Shown in pieces: positions 37,461-50,994 of a stretch of DNA of 64,000 bases. The stretch's first letter is position 1; each line of letters starts with the position of its first letter. The notes beneath the pieces are model-generated. The model did not search any database, was not told where the DNA came from, and saw only the letters and a program-made list of their open reading frames with translations. Location of the stretch: NCBI RefSeq assembly GCF_006345805.1, contig NC_043001.1, positions 64,046,001 through 64,110,000 on the forward strand. The letters are read 5' to 3'. The stretch is from Octopus sinensis (lineage: Eukaryota). Position numbers and translations under genes: made by a program.

Positions 37461-38190
37461 CTATCATTAATAAAACTGCTGATATTTTTAACGACACAAT
37501 TATGCTTGTATAATATTTTATATGTGCAAGTATAGAAATATGTGACTTACACATAAATATATTGTGATGTATTCACGTGTAAGTGTGTATAAAACTTCGC
37601 TCTGTTTACATTCCACATTGTATTGTTTGCATGTTGCTTGCTTGCGTGCGCGGTGTTTATTAATGACAAGAAGTCATTATTGTTAATATTACGAAAGGAT
37701 CTCATCAATTTGATGTGTTAAGTGGTCAGTTAATTGTATGTTGGCGTCCACTTTCTGAAGAAATGTAATGGGTCTGTTGACGTCTGACATCTCGTTCGTT
37801 GTTAAAATAATTATCATTTGACCGAAGTCAACAGAAAGAAAATGATTGCCACTATGTTTCCGGTGTGGCGTCTCTCTTAAGATTCGTTATCTTCACCTCA
37901 AGAGGCCAGTGTACTGACATCACCAGAAGTTTCAATAATATATATTGTCCAACAGTCATTGTAGATGCTTATGCGGTTGGGTCAGTTACCAATTCACACA
38001 TGTCAACAAAATTTTTATCATTTTATTGTATACAGCACTATCAAAAAAAAAAAGGCAAAAATAAACATTACGAAATATATGCGCGCATGCACGCACACAC
38101 ACACACATTTCACTTCGGCATTGTGAGACTAATAACTTGGTATGTTATCATACGTATGTTTCAGAACGAAGTGTTAAATGAGTATAGAGC

Positions 38191-39834
38191 GGTAATAAGA
38201 AAAAAGTGCCCAACAGTCAAATGCCAGATGGACAAATGCCCGACAGATACAACTGCGAGAGGGACAATTGCCTGATAATTTAAAAGTAAATTGAAACTAA
38301 AAATTAAAAATACGAAAATTAACTAAAGTAAAATATTAAACCCTTTTAGTTGTCATAATTTATTTTTTTCAAAGGTAAAATAAAAGTACAAAAAGTGGAA
38401 TATTTGCAATTCTTTTCGTTAAATTTTGATATTTTCTTTTTGGGTCCTGCCAGAATTTGGTTGATGATCGTGTCGTTAAGTGCTTGTTCTGTCTTCAATA
38501 CCTGAAGAAAATACCTGTATGACTTGACGTTACATTCGCCTGTAAATGGTTATGCCATCCCGCCAAGGAATTTATTGTTCGTGGTAAATCATTGCATATG
38601 CGGTCATACATGTTCCACATACAAATAGGAAAGAGTGGTTTACCTCTGTTACGCTGTCGTATTCTACCGATATTTGCATCTTCAAAGTAATCAATGATTG
38701 GATCTGCTTCATGGCACAAATTTTCTTGTAAATGCTCAAATGCTGTTACAACACAAAAGCCAAGGTTGGTGTCATACGAATGCTTAGAGTAAAATCAGCA
38801 TCGCACTAATATCTTGATTGTAATCCCTCTGACTGTACCTTCCGTGAGTGAGATGTACCTTGAGTGAGATGGAAAAAAACACCCTTTAATAATTGCATTT
38901 GGAAAAATTTCGGTAATTGCATTCTTGGCAGCTTGTTTATAATCGATCAAGATACTAGCTGAGTTGAGCCTGGGGTTAATAGCCCGAAGTTGGCTGAAAA
39001 GTTCTTCATAAGTGGTTTGACGTTTATTTGGCAATAATGCAAAGACACAAAGAATCGTTCTATTAGAGATTAAACAGTGAATGGAGTAGAGTTAGTAAAA
39101 CAGTTCTGGTACTTTGAATGTACCACCGTAAAGCTAATCACTTGAAGATTGCAAGAGTCATATATTCTTCTCAGGAGAAAACAAAAGTATGCGGTTCTCA
39201 CTGGGTCCTCTATCGTAAAGTAAGAAATTTTCCTCATTGCATGATTTTTTTTTGTATTCATCTGGAATGATCATGTCATGCAAGTTTCTCGGTATGGGAT
39301 GCGGAGCGTGTATAGCTTGCTTATATCATCTGATTGAATGCCTAATAGTGCTCATGGCCGGTAACTAAGTAGAGACTTTTTCTGAAACTTTCTGTAAAAT
39401 TTGTTTTAATTTGGTGTGAAGTTTGCTGGGTTGTAATAGCTTTCTCCTTCATTTCCTCACGTACAGATAGGAGATCTTGACAAAGAATATCTGCAGCGTG
39501 AGTGTGCTCGTGTGTCTGGCTGATTATTTCTTCTCCACACAGTATAATTTTGGCCTTGCAGTTGTTATGTCGGCAGCGTTCACATTCGTAGAACGTATTT
39601 CCAGATGACAAGTCCTTGTTCTTAACGTAGACGTAACAATTATAGCACAGCTTCAACCTTCCACGTTCAGTTTTAAATGCATGGGTTCTAACAATTGTAT
39701 ATAAATTAAGATGAAAACGTTTCACGAGCTTCACTGTTAATAGAGTTGTTAGGCTTTTCGACACCTGGTGCTCTATCGGGCAGGTATCTATCAATCTGTC
39801 GGGCAGTTGTTCATCGGGCAGTTGACCTAGAACC
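38191..39834 (-). mobile_element. Mutator-like (MULE) transposon with FLYWCH finger, decayed
   Basis: FLYWCH-like YVYVKNK...FYECERCRHNNCKAK...HEHTH, MULE core NKRQTTYE...IDYKQAAKNAI...KGCFF, and PRTINSLAGWHN. Degenerate inverted ends built from CAA(C/A)TGCCCGAC subrepeats. No TSD found. Confidence 0.85.
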
Positions 39835-40069
39835 AGGAAAACAATGGCTATGTTATGAACTTTATTAGCTTACAACGGTTTTTGCTATACGATGCAGTAG
39901 ATTCTTAACTGAGTGCCTGTAGCTTCATTTGAGTTTCGAATACGAAGTGCAATGTATATGGTGGGGAAAGCAAAACTTGCATTTTTGCAATATATAGGGA
40001 AAGCATTACCAGTGACAAAATCAATGATGATGTATAAGAGTCCACTGCATCTTATAGCTGAAACAGCTC

Positions 40070-42830
40070 TTCTAGCTTCTTAACTAGGTCACCCTCTACT
40101 CTGTTTCTATCTATTGCTAGTGCTTTGCTATACCTAATCGCTTCTGCTGTTATTGCTTTCTTGAGGGCGAACCACCATTTGTTATTGGTGATGGCTCCTG
40201 TCAAAGCCCTCTTTACTAGCGGGCTAATTCAGTCCCTGAAAAACCTATCTCAACGGGAAAGACGCGTTCAGTTTCCAGTAACTGGGGCCCTGCCTATGTG
40301 CCTTATCTAGGTCTAGAGTACACGTCACAAGTTTTTGATCCGTGTATCTGACTATGTGGAATTGTGGACATCCTAAGCTATCCCTGTCTACTGTCCTACA
40401 CAGTATTTTATCTAGATACGATCTTGACGACCGCATGCGGTTGCTCCATGTCCACGTTGGCGCATTTGGGTGGTCGAGTCAGTACCTGTCAGACACTTGA
40501 AAGCATCTGAGCAGGTCTCTGAGGCATTTGCATCCCCATCTATTCTTATCTCTGTCCACGTAGTCTAGATGCGTGTCCAAGGTAGCATTCCAATCCCCCA
40601 CTAAAAGTAAAGGGCGAGACGTTCCTAGGAATACTTCTAGACGTCGAAAGAAATCCGGCCGACCTATTAGAGGCGGTGCATAGACTGATAGGAGTCGAAA
40701 AGCACACCCATCGCTGCCATCGACATCCAGGACAACCAGTCTACCCTCCGGGTCTACGAATATTGTCTTTACTTCGATATCTAGACTCTTGCGAAAAAGT
40801 ACCGCCGTGCTACTGCCGCCCATTCTCAGCAGACAGGGAGAGACATAAATGTTAAACTGTCCGCCAAACATGGACTTTAGGGCCCGTTGTCTCACTTATG
40901 GCTATAATTCCTAACTCGTGTAACTTTATGTCATTTAAGAGGTACCCTTGTTTCCAAGGGGACCCCAGGCCACGTGCATTCACACAACCAACCTTGATCA
41001 TGATCCTAATGAGTTGTGTGTTTTTAAAACACAAACGAAAGGAACACAGAGTTACTGTTCGAAATTTTTGTTACCTCCTTTGATTTTTCATTAAGGAGGT
41101 TGCTGTACAGTATTTTTGAGGAGTATTTTTGACATCCGCTACCGCATTGGGGTAGATGGATTTTAGTGTGGTGCAAGGTCGGTGTGACGTGCAAAATTTT
41201 GATGTGTTCTGGTGGTATTGTGTATGGGTGGTTGCTTGTTTTTATGTCATCTTCTGTTAGGTTTGTTTTTGAGTTGATGTATTCCATCAACTCTGTGCTT
41301 TTAGTGTTTATGGTTGTGAGCTTCGTTTTTGTGGTGTCGGTATTGTTTGTGTCAGAGTTCGAAATGTCTTCGTGAGTTGTGTATCTCCCTGCTTGCTTTT
41401 GTTAGTGCTTGCTTTTGTTCTTTTTTTTTTTGCTTCCCTTCCTCCTTTCTTTTCTGGCTATTTGCCATTCCTCAGTGCATTCGTCTTCCGACGAAATTTC
41501 TGAGGATTCGGAAGGGTGTTAGGGCATATTGTAAGCTTCTATGTATGTTTGTGTAAGTGGTTCTGCTGTTATTTTCGTTGGTGTTGGTTGTTGATTGTTT
41601 GTGTGAGGTGTATGTGATATAGGGGAGGAGGAATTAGTTTTAGTATCTTTTTGGTTTTCCTTACCTTTAGTTCTCGCTGTTGTTGGTGGTGGTATTTTTT
41701 CAGGTGTTGTTTTATTTTCGATTGTTAATGAGTTTGGTTGGTATGCTTCTTTTGTCGTCTTCTGTGTTGATGGTGGTGTGGGTAGTAACACTTTTTTCTC
41801 AGTGTTTTGGTTGTGGTGGTAGTTGCTGTAGTTGCTCTTGTTGTTGTGCGGCAGTTGGACATTTCTTTTTTAAATGTGTTTCGCTGCATAGATCGTGACC
41901 GCCTGCCCTCCACCACTACATACAATCTGTAGCCTTCTGTCAATTTTATAGAGGTGGGTATCTTTTCTAATTTGCTTAAGTATTTGAAGTGTCTTTCCGA
42001 CCCAGTTTTCCTGTTCTAAAACAGCAATTTCCAGAATGTTAGTCTCTGCCATTTCAAAGCAGATAGCAGATACTATCCATTGTGTTTCTATTTCTGGTGG
42101 GACATATTTTATTTTGACTTTCGTCACTCTCTGGCCTAAATATGTTGGTATCATCACCAACTCATCCGTGTGGAGAGTCAGTGTTGAAAACCGTTTGGCC
42201 AGATTTTCGTCCTGAAACCGGACTTGGACAGTGCTGCATTTGTGCCGCCAGTTTATATATTCCTTATGTAGCTAAACAAGGCGAAGGCATTTTTCTATTT
42301 TTTCTTGTGGTGCATTTTCCGGTCGTATTGTCTTCGTATTGATAATTTTATATATGATTGTCCTTTTTTGTGTGTTTTCTATATGTTTTGGAATGTGGGC
42401 ATGTAAATTATCTCCTTCTTTGCTAAAAAGCGAAGTTGTGTTGTTTATCTCTTCTGCAGTGAATTTCACGATTGTTCTTTTTGTTTTATAGCTTCGGCGA
42501 AATTTGCTTTGTCCTTGATGGTGGTGGTGGTGGTGGTGGTGGTGGTGGTGGTAGTGGTGGTGGTGGTAGTAGAGGTGTTAGTTGTAGTGGTGGTGTTTGT
42601 GTTGGCGGTACTGTCTTTGATGGAGGTCACGGTGGACGGCTTTGTGATGATTTCGTTGTTGTTGCTGTTGTTGTTGGTGGTGATGACAGGGCTGTTAACG
42701 ATCGTGGTTGCAGTATCAGTGACGTTGACAGCGTTCACTTTCACGTATCTCATATTTACCTTTGATTTATTTGTATTTTTCATGTCTGTAGTTGTAGTCA
42801 AGTGTGTGTGCGTGCAGGAGTTATTCTTTT
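40070..42830 (-). mobile_element. L1/Tx1-like LINE 2 (ORF1 plus endonuclease; RT missing)
   Basis: ORF1 PTYLGQRVTKVKIKYVPPEI. ORF2 KVGCVNARGLGSPWKQGYLLND, VDPEGRLVVLDV, VGDWN and YWKLN. Confidence 0.85.
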
Positions 42831-42843
42831 TTCACTCCTTGTG

Positions 42844-45800
42844 TGTGGAGAACAGCGCATCAGAGTAGACGTGTTAGATTGTATGGCGACGAATAGCGCA
42901 CGTGGACGTTGAGTGAACCTTGCAGATCTAGACAGAGCACGTGGACGTTGAAAGTGACCCTTTTTCCCGACCGACATGTAAGACTACCGCAATTCTCTCT
43001 TTGCTTCCGTCCTTTTCTTCCTTTACGTCACAAGCTATTTCCGCTCAAGAAACAAAAATGGTGGGTATGATCCGTGTTTCGGATGAGACGGTTAGGCCAT
43101 TTTGTGGCGAGGGAGATGTCACCGCTTGGTTGCATGAAATTAAGTTGGTGGCAAGACTCCACGGTATAGATGACCAAGCGAGTTTCATACCGTTGTATCC
43201 CGATGGATCGGCGTTGGCGCTATACCTGGAAATGGAGAAGGACCAGTTGAACGCAGAAAAAAATAAAAGGCCGGCTGATGGAGGCTCTTACAGAAAGGCT
43301 ATTTATAGCATATGGTCGACTGGGGATGGGTGAACAGGTGGATGGGTGAACAGGTTGATGTGTTTGCCAACGAGATCAGGAGATTGGCTAGAAACGTGAG
43401 ATATAGAATTGACGCGTTGGAACAAACTGTTAAATTAGCCTTTGTGACAGGATTTCCTGACCACGTGTCGGTCGACCAGCAAAAGCCTCCAAATATTCAC
43501 TCCATGGTGATGGGAGAGGTAATATCTCGGGCCAGAGCCATCGTCTCGTGTTGCAGGACGACACCTTTAGCAGTGACTGCAACACCAAGAAGGAATCAAA
43601 CAAGGAGTGGCGGAGAGGAGTCGAACAAGGAACGTGTGTGACCCTTCAAAGGGCAGTGTTTTCGGTGTCAGGGTTTGCATATGGTGAGAGATTGCAAGGA
43701 ACTCAGGCCTGGAGTAATTTGCTATCGATGCAGACAAATAGGCCACATCGCTAGTGAATGCGTGCAGGGAAATGGTCCAAGGGAGACTACTGCACCGGTT
43801 GTCGTCCCGTCGAAAGAATAGGCGCGTATGCAGTCGTTGCCAGTACTAGAAGTCGTGGTGAACGGAAAAGTGTCATGAGCCCTTGTGGACACGGGCTACT
43901 CAATAACCCTAATGACTCCGGAGGTGGTAGAAGAATGGAGTGGAGTGAGTAGTGTAAAGGCTGTTGACGGTACGGAAATTGAATGCAGAGAAAGTAGCGA
44001 TGTGGAGATGGTGGCACGAGGAACAAGATTGAGGTTGCTTGTGATTGTGATTGATCACGTAGTGGACGGAAACGATGTAGTGATGTAGATGGACGCTATT
44101 GTCCGTTTGGGAAGTGTCACGGTCAATGAAACCGGTGTAGCGTTCGGTGATGTGGGGACGCTATGCACTGTGAGTCCGCGACAGGAGAGTGGTGAGAGCT
44201 GCGAAGAAAAATATGCTGTACACACCATCATAGACAAAAAATTTCGAGCCGTGTTCGATGGCCAGCAGTGGAGAGTGGAATGGAACTAGAGGGGAGATCC
44301 TCCGACATTGAAAAACGCAGTAGGCTGCTATCAGCATACCCTGAAAGGGGATGCCAGAAGCAAGTTAGAGGGACAGGTGGACCGGTGGATCAAGGAAGGT
44401 ATTCTGATTCCTTGGAAGGAGGAAGTAGAGAGTGGCGTGCTACTACTGATGGCAGTGGTGCAACCGACGAGCATAAGGTCAGGCTAGTATTGGATTTCCG
44501 AGAGCTGAAAGACCACGTATTGTGCCATACGGGCGGCGAAGCTACGGACATTTGTAGCGATACCTTGAGAGAGTGGAGGCAGATGACAGGGGCTTCCAAA
44601 ATTTGAAGTCCGCATACCTGCAGCTGCATGTGGCTGAGATACTGTGGAGATATCAGCTGGTAAAGTATAAGGGACGGACATACTGCCTGACCAGGTTGGG
44701 ATTCGGGTTGAATTCAGCACCGAAGATTATGGTGACGATTCTCAAAAACATCCTGGCAAAGACCGACAAAGTGAAAAGAGCCACCAATTCTTATATTGAT
44801 GACATCCTGGTAGACGAGAGCATAGAGTCGGCAAAGGAGGTCATAAGCCACTTGAAGAGTTTTGGGCTAACTGTCAAACCGCCCAAGGCGATGGAATGAG
44901 GAGCTGCACTGGGACTCAAGCTACGGAGAGACAAGGCGCCGGCGCGTTGGTGTTTCAGAAAGGGAATGAGATCCCAGAACTGGGCTCCAAGACGAGTAGG
45001 CGGGAACTGTTTTCTGTGTGTGGGAAGCTGCTTGGACACTATCCGATTGCAGGAAGGCTCCGGACGGCATGCAACTTCATCAAGAGGCGAGCTGAAGGAG
45101 TGAGGTGGAGTGATAACGTAGGCGAGAAGAGAACTGCCATGATGCAAGAAGTTTTGCAGAGAGTAACTGCGGAGGACCCTGTAAGAGGGAACTGGTATGT
45201 GCCCAAATTGAAGAACGGGATCGTGTGGTGTGATGCCAGCAGCATAGCAACGGGAGTTGTCCTGAAAATCGGAGGTGTCGTGGTGGAAGATGGAGCTTGG
45301 ATTAGGAAGAAGGACGACTGCAACCACATCAACGTGGTGGAGCTAGATGCCGTGTTGAAGGGGTTGAACCTGGCCCTGAGATGGGGGCTGCGTACCATCG
45401 AGATCCGAACCGATTCGGCCACTGTACTTAGATGGGTCGGATCAGTGGTCACCGGTGAGCGGAGGATGCGAACCAAAGAGGGCGCAGAGATGCTGATAAA
45501 ACGCCGTTTGGGAATTCTGGGTGAGCCAGCTGCTGAGTTTGACCTGAGGTTTTGTGCCCTCTGAGAGGAATAGAGCGGATGTCCTGACCAGAGTAAAGAA
45601 ATCTTGGTTGTAGATGCCAGAGGATCTGGAGCAAGGAGTGGCTGCAGTGTGTTGACTGAGTGACTCGGAGCTGAAGAGATTGCATACCAGAAGGGCCGCG
45701 GTGGGCATGCGAGGTCAGTGAAGCGCGAGGAGTCAGCCGGTGGGGAACAGCGCATCAGAGCGGACGTGTTAGATTGTACGGCGACGGACAGCGCACGTGG

Positions 45801-45927
45801 ACGTTGAGTGAACCTTGCAGATCTAGACAGAGCACGTGGACGTTGAAAGTGACCCTTTTTCCGGACTGACAGGTAAGACTACCGCAATTCTCTCTTCGCT
45901 TCCGTCTTTTTCTTCCTTTACATCACA
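42844..45927 (+). mobile_element. Gypsy 3 LTR retrotransposon lacking integrase
   Basis: ~190-bp direct repeats at 42844-43032 and 45739-45927. Gag with two knuckles (CFRCQGLHMVRDC, CYRCRQIGHIASEC), ALVDTG, RLGFGLNSAP, YIDDIL and WCDASS. No TGG-type PBS or TSD recognised. Confidence 0.88.
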
Positions 45928-46626
45928 ACAGTTAAAGTTAAAGAATTTTTTTAAAACGTGGAAGAATTGCAATAGAGGGTTCTTCCTCATATAAGAAATG
46001 CATGATTGTCACACAATTCCATCTCAGCCATGTCGTCACACACACACACACAAACACACAACTGTATTTTATGTAAGTCTGTGTTCGATATATCCGGCGT
46101 GGATAACCAGCCAAATCGAGAGCCACCTTGGTATTTAATATATGTGTACAGTCACCGGAAGTAACTTGCACGGACACCGGACGCCTCGAACCTTTGTACT
46201 GCTATTTCACGCCTGAAATAAATCGCTGTATAAACTTACACCTCTTGTCTGCTCGTCCTTTCAACTACTGCTTTCGTCTGTCCAGCTAATTCAAGTCTGA
46301 TCTGAATGCGATAACAGTCCTTTTTAGGACTACTCTCAGATCCGATCTAATTGCGATAACAGTCCCTTTTTAGGACTATTCTTGAATCGGATCTAATTGC
46401 GATAACCGTCCTTTTAAGGGCTACCCTCAGATCAGACCAGAAGTAGTGGCCAAGAATCATACCCGCTACAATTGGTGACCCCGACAACGAATCAAGCGAA
46501 CAGCATATCAAGAATCAGCATTGGGTCAGTCCCACCAGAAGTATTGGCTGAGGTGAGAGACCTAGTCATGGCACCGCCAGGCACGGTGTCGTACGAAGCT
46601 TTCCGCAAGGAATTAATAATGCGAAC

Positions 46627-47011
46627 AGTGGAGGCGCAATGGCCCAGTGGTTAGGGCAGCGGACTCGCGGTCATAGGATCGCGGTTTCGATTCCCAGACC
46701 GGGCGTTGTGAGTGTTTATTGAGCGAAAACACCTAAAGCTCCACGAGGCTCCGGCAGGGGATGGTGGTGATCCCTGCTGTACTCTTTCACCACAACTTTC
46801 TCTCACTCTTACTTCCTGTTTCTGTTGTACCTGTATTTCAAGGGGCCGGCCTTGTCACTCTCTGTGTCACGCTGAATATCCCCGAGAACTACGTTAAGGG
46901 TGCACGTGTCTGTGGAGTGCTCAGTCACTTACACGTTAATTTCACGAGCAGGCTGTTCCGTTGATTCGGATCAACCGGAACCCTCATCGTCGTAACCGAC
47001 GGAGTGCTTCC
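46627..47011 (+). mobile_element. SINE family 3 (tRNA-derived), full length, inserted in Gypsy 4 gag
   Basis: A box TGGCCCAGTGG, B box GGTTTCGATTCC, and perfect 12-bp TSD AATAATGCGAAC (46615-46626 and 47012-47023). Confidence 0.92.
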
Positions 47012-47648
47012 AATAATGCGAACTACCGCATCACAGCAGAGACGACTCAACCAACTCGTGTCTGCAGAAGAGTTGGGGGACAGAAAACCGTCCCAACTGC
47101 TGCGTAAAATGAGACAGCTGATGACCAACCGCTGTCAGAAGAGGTCCTGAAACGGCTTTTTCTACAGCGCCTGCCCTTACCAATGCAGGGCAATCTGGCG
47201 TCGACCAACGACACAGCAACCCCGGAGGAACTTGCGCGTGTCGCAGATAGAATCGCTGAGGTGTCAAACCCCTTTTCTTCTGTGGTACAAATCAACCATC
47301 GGACGAACCCTTTCGAAGCGTCCTCAGACTCTACCTCCGAGATTGCAGAGCTGCGAGCTATGATCAGAGAGTAGGCTGGTCAAATTAAAGCCCTCACAAA
47401 CAAGCTAGAAAACTGGACCTTGGAAACACACCGGCGGCGCAGCAACAGTTCATCAAGGTCCACTCACCGTCGAAGATCCAGAAGTCCCAGTCAAACTCGT
47501 GTGTCTGGCAACATCTGCTGGTATCACGCAGAATTCGGCGCACGGGCATCTAAGTGCAAGGCCCCGTGCTCTTTCCTGAATACCACCCAAGGAAACGGGT
47601 AGACCAGGCTAGTGACGACTTTCATCCCTGGCACTGAGAAAAAAAAAT

Positions 47649-50600
47649 CGTCTGTTTTTTATTAACGACCAAGCGACGGGTATCCGCTATCTCGTAGATA
47701 CAGGAGCCCAGGTTAGTGTTATTCCTGTTTCACTAGTCTCGGGCAAACGACATTCAGCACCGTCCTTTCTGCAGGCAGTGAACCGATCGTCAATTCCGAC
47801 TTTCGGTGAGAAATCACTGACCCTGAATCTAGGCCTGAGGCGTAGTTTCCAGTTCATTTTCGTCGTGGCAGACCTACCGACCCCTATCTTAGGAGCCGAT
47901 TTTCTCCACCACTTCAACCTTCTGGTGGACATGAAGAACCGGAGGCTTATTGACACCACCACAAACCTCACTGTGAGAGGTATATTTACCACGCAACCGA
48001 CAGTGAGCCCTGTAATCTGTCAGTCAGAGCCTTCGCGTTACAACAGCATTCTCCAGAAATATCCAGACATCACTCGCCCGGTATGTAAAGATGGACCCAT
48101 TAAACATCGTGTCACACATCACATCGAGACACGAGGACCACCCACAGCTGCCCGACCAAGGAGACTGTCTCCAGACCGATTGCGAATCGCCAAACAGGAA
48201 TTTCAGCACATGCTGGACCTTGGAATCATTCGCCCTTCCTCCAGCAACTGGTCTGCACCTCTACACCTTGTTCCCAAAAAAAACAGAGAACGACTGGCGA
48301 CCATGTGGGGATTATCGTGCACTCAACAATACCACAGTGCCCGATAATTACCCTGTACCTCACTTGCACGATTTTTCTGCCTCTCTGCAAGGCGCACGCA
48401 TCTTTTCTAAGATAGATTTGGTGCGAGCATATAACCAGATACCTGTGGAGCCTGCTGATATTCCAAAGACGGCAATCACAACACCGTTCGGTTTATTCGA
48501 ATTCCTGCGAATGCCGTTCGGTCTGCGCAACGCTGCACAAACTTTTCAACGGTTCATTGACACCGTATTACGTGACCTACCTTTTGTGTACGCGTATATC
48601 GACGATGTACTAGTAGCAAGTACTTCTGAGCAAGAACACGAGAAGCACTTGGATCTTCTGTTCCAACGTTTGGCCGAGTACGGCATCATCATCAACCCAA
48701 GCAAGTGCGTTCTCGGCGTTCCTTCACTGTCTTTTCTCAGGCACATGATTGATAAAGACGGCATTCGTCCACTTCCTGAGAAAGTAGACGCTATCCGCAA
48801 TTTTCCAGCACCTACATCACTTCGGAAACTACGTGAATTCCTCGGTTTGGTTAATTTTTATAGGCGTTTCATCCCTCATTGTGCTGACGCAGCCAGACTC
48901 CTCACGGACCTTCTTCGCAACCGGACTCGGAAAAATGAAGACATAACGTTGAACGAGGAAGAATTAACACCTTTCAACGGTCTCAAAGAAATGCTGGCAA
49001 ACGCTTCCATGCTCGTTTTCCCCAGGTCTGGCGCTCCTCTTTCGCTGCTAGTAGACGCATCAGACATGGGGGTTGGAGGCGTTTTGCAACAATATGTCGA
49101 CGGCGTTTGGCAACCCTTATCCTTCTTTTCTAAGCGGTTGCAACCCACTGAAACCAAATACAGTACATTCGGCCGTGAACTCTTGGCAACCTACCTTTCA
49201 GTGAAGCATTTTCGCCACATGCTCGAAGAATCGGATTTCGTAATCTACACGAACCATAAACCACTAGTTTATGCGTTCCGTACCAAACCGGATCGACATT
49301 CACCGAGAGAACTTCGCCACTTGGACTTTGTCTCCCAATATTCAACCGATATTCGGTATATCAAGGGATCAGACAACGTAGCAGTTGACGCTCTGTCCCG
49401 AATCCAGCTGAACTCAATACATGTGGATTCAGGCATCGACCTTCATCAAATTGCAGCTGACCAAGAGACTGACCAAGAGTTTATCAAACTCCGAGATTCG
49501 CCATCCCTCAAGTTTCAGCAAGTTTCCATTCCTTCTTCTCCGGGACAAATTTGGTGCGACATTTCTACTGGTCATGAACGACCGTACGTACCACAGATGC
49601 ATCGACAACAATTTTTTTCTGCAGTACACTGTTTGTCTCACCCGGGAATCCGGGCTACACAGAAACTCATTTCTGCTCGTTTTGTGTGGGCCAACATTAA
49701 CAAGGACGTGCGCGACTGCATTGCCTGCCAGAAGGCCAAAGTCCACAGACACATCAAAACGCCACTCGGCACATTTGCGCAACCTGATGCACGTTTTCAG
49801 CATGTGCATATCGACATCGTCGGACCTTTACCATTATCACAGAACTGCACTCACTTGCTCACCTGCATTGATCGTTTTTCCCGTTGGCCTGAGGCTTTTC
49901 CTATAAGTGATACCTCAGCGGAAACAGTGGCTAAAACTTTGGTTTTACACTGGGTATCACGTTATAGCGCCCCAGCGACAGAGGACGCCAATTTGATTCC
50001 CATCTCTTCAGGGAACTGACTCGTCTGTTAGGATGTAAACACATCCGCACAACAGCTTATCAACACATCGTCAATTGAAAGCTGCAATAAAGGCGTACCC
50101 AGACAAGACCCACTGATTTGAATACCTGCCACTCATCCTTCTTGGCATCCGTTCCACCGTTAAGGAACAATTCGGACACACACCTGCAGAATTAGTGTAC
50201 GGCACCACCCTGGTTCTACCTGGTCAGATGGTTGCTCCCATCTCTCCTCAGGACGTTCCAGACCCAGGATCATACGTACACCGACTTCGTCAATACATGT
50301 CTCACCTTGCCCCTGCGAGCACCCGTCAACAGAACACGAACACACATGTACCTGCAGACATTAGCGATTGGACGCACGTTTTTGTTAGAAATGACACCAT
50401 CTCCACTAATCTTCAACCTCAATATTCTGGCCCTTACCGTGTCCTAGAAACACCCAAAATATTTTGTCATCGATCAAAATGGTAAACAGAATTCTGTCAG
50501 TGTGGACAGATTAAAAAAAGCCTTCATGGACACGATTACGGTTTCTACGCCAGAAACTCCAGCAGCTTGCATTCCCAGCAAACCACCTGTTTCATCTCCA

Positions 50601-50670
50601 GTCACAAGAAGTGGACGACGTGTCCATTGGCCCGCCAAGTTGGCACAATACGTGAAATATCGTTAAAACC
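47649..50670 (+). pseudogene. pol: Gypsy 4 pol (PR-RT-RH-IN) with a few frameshifts
   Basis: RLFFIND...[72 protein letters not shown] and C-terminal TRSGRRVHWP. Confidence 0.92.
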
Positions 50671-50890
50671 GAGTTTCACAAGCATGCTTCTTGCGAAACA
50701 TTCCTATATTGCTTGTTTCTAATCTTTCCTGCACCATTTAGTGACCATGTGCTCATGCTCTCATTGTCACGAAAAACATTATTTATTACCGGTAGTTTCT
50801 CTGCCCGTGGGACTTTTTGTCACGCAATCCACAGGCAGATCAACCCAAATCCAACAGGCTCATTCATCATTTTGTAGTTCATTTTTATCT

Positions 50891-50994
<104 letters not shown>

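Noticed and set aside
42466-42868. Hydrophobic poly-Val and Gly-rich ORFs as membrane or structural proteins
   Set aside because: Alternative frames of the (GGT)/(GTT)n tract in the Tx1-like ORF1 region.
46300-46430. CRISPR-like regularly spaced palindromic repeats
   Set aside because: The spacers are themselves homologous, the array is part of both LTRs of a Gypsy element, the context is eukaryotic and there are no cas genes.
46630-46700. tRNA gene
   Set aside because: A and B boxes are present but there is no complete cloverleaf. It continues into a SINE body bounded by a TSD.
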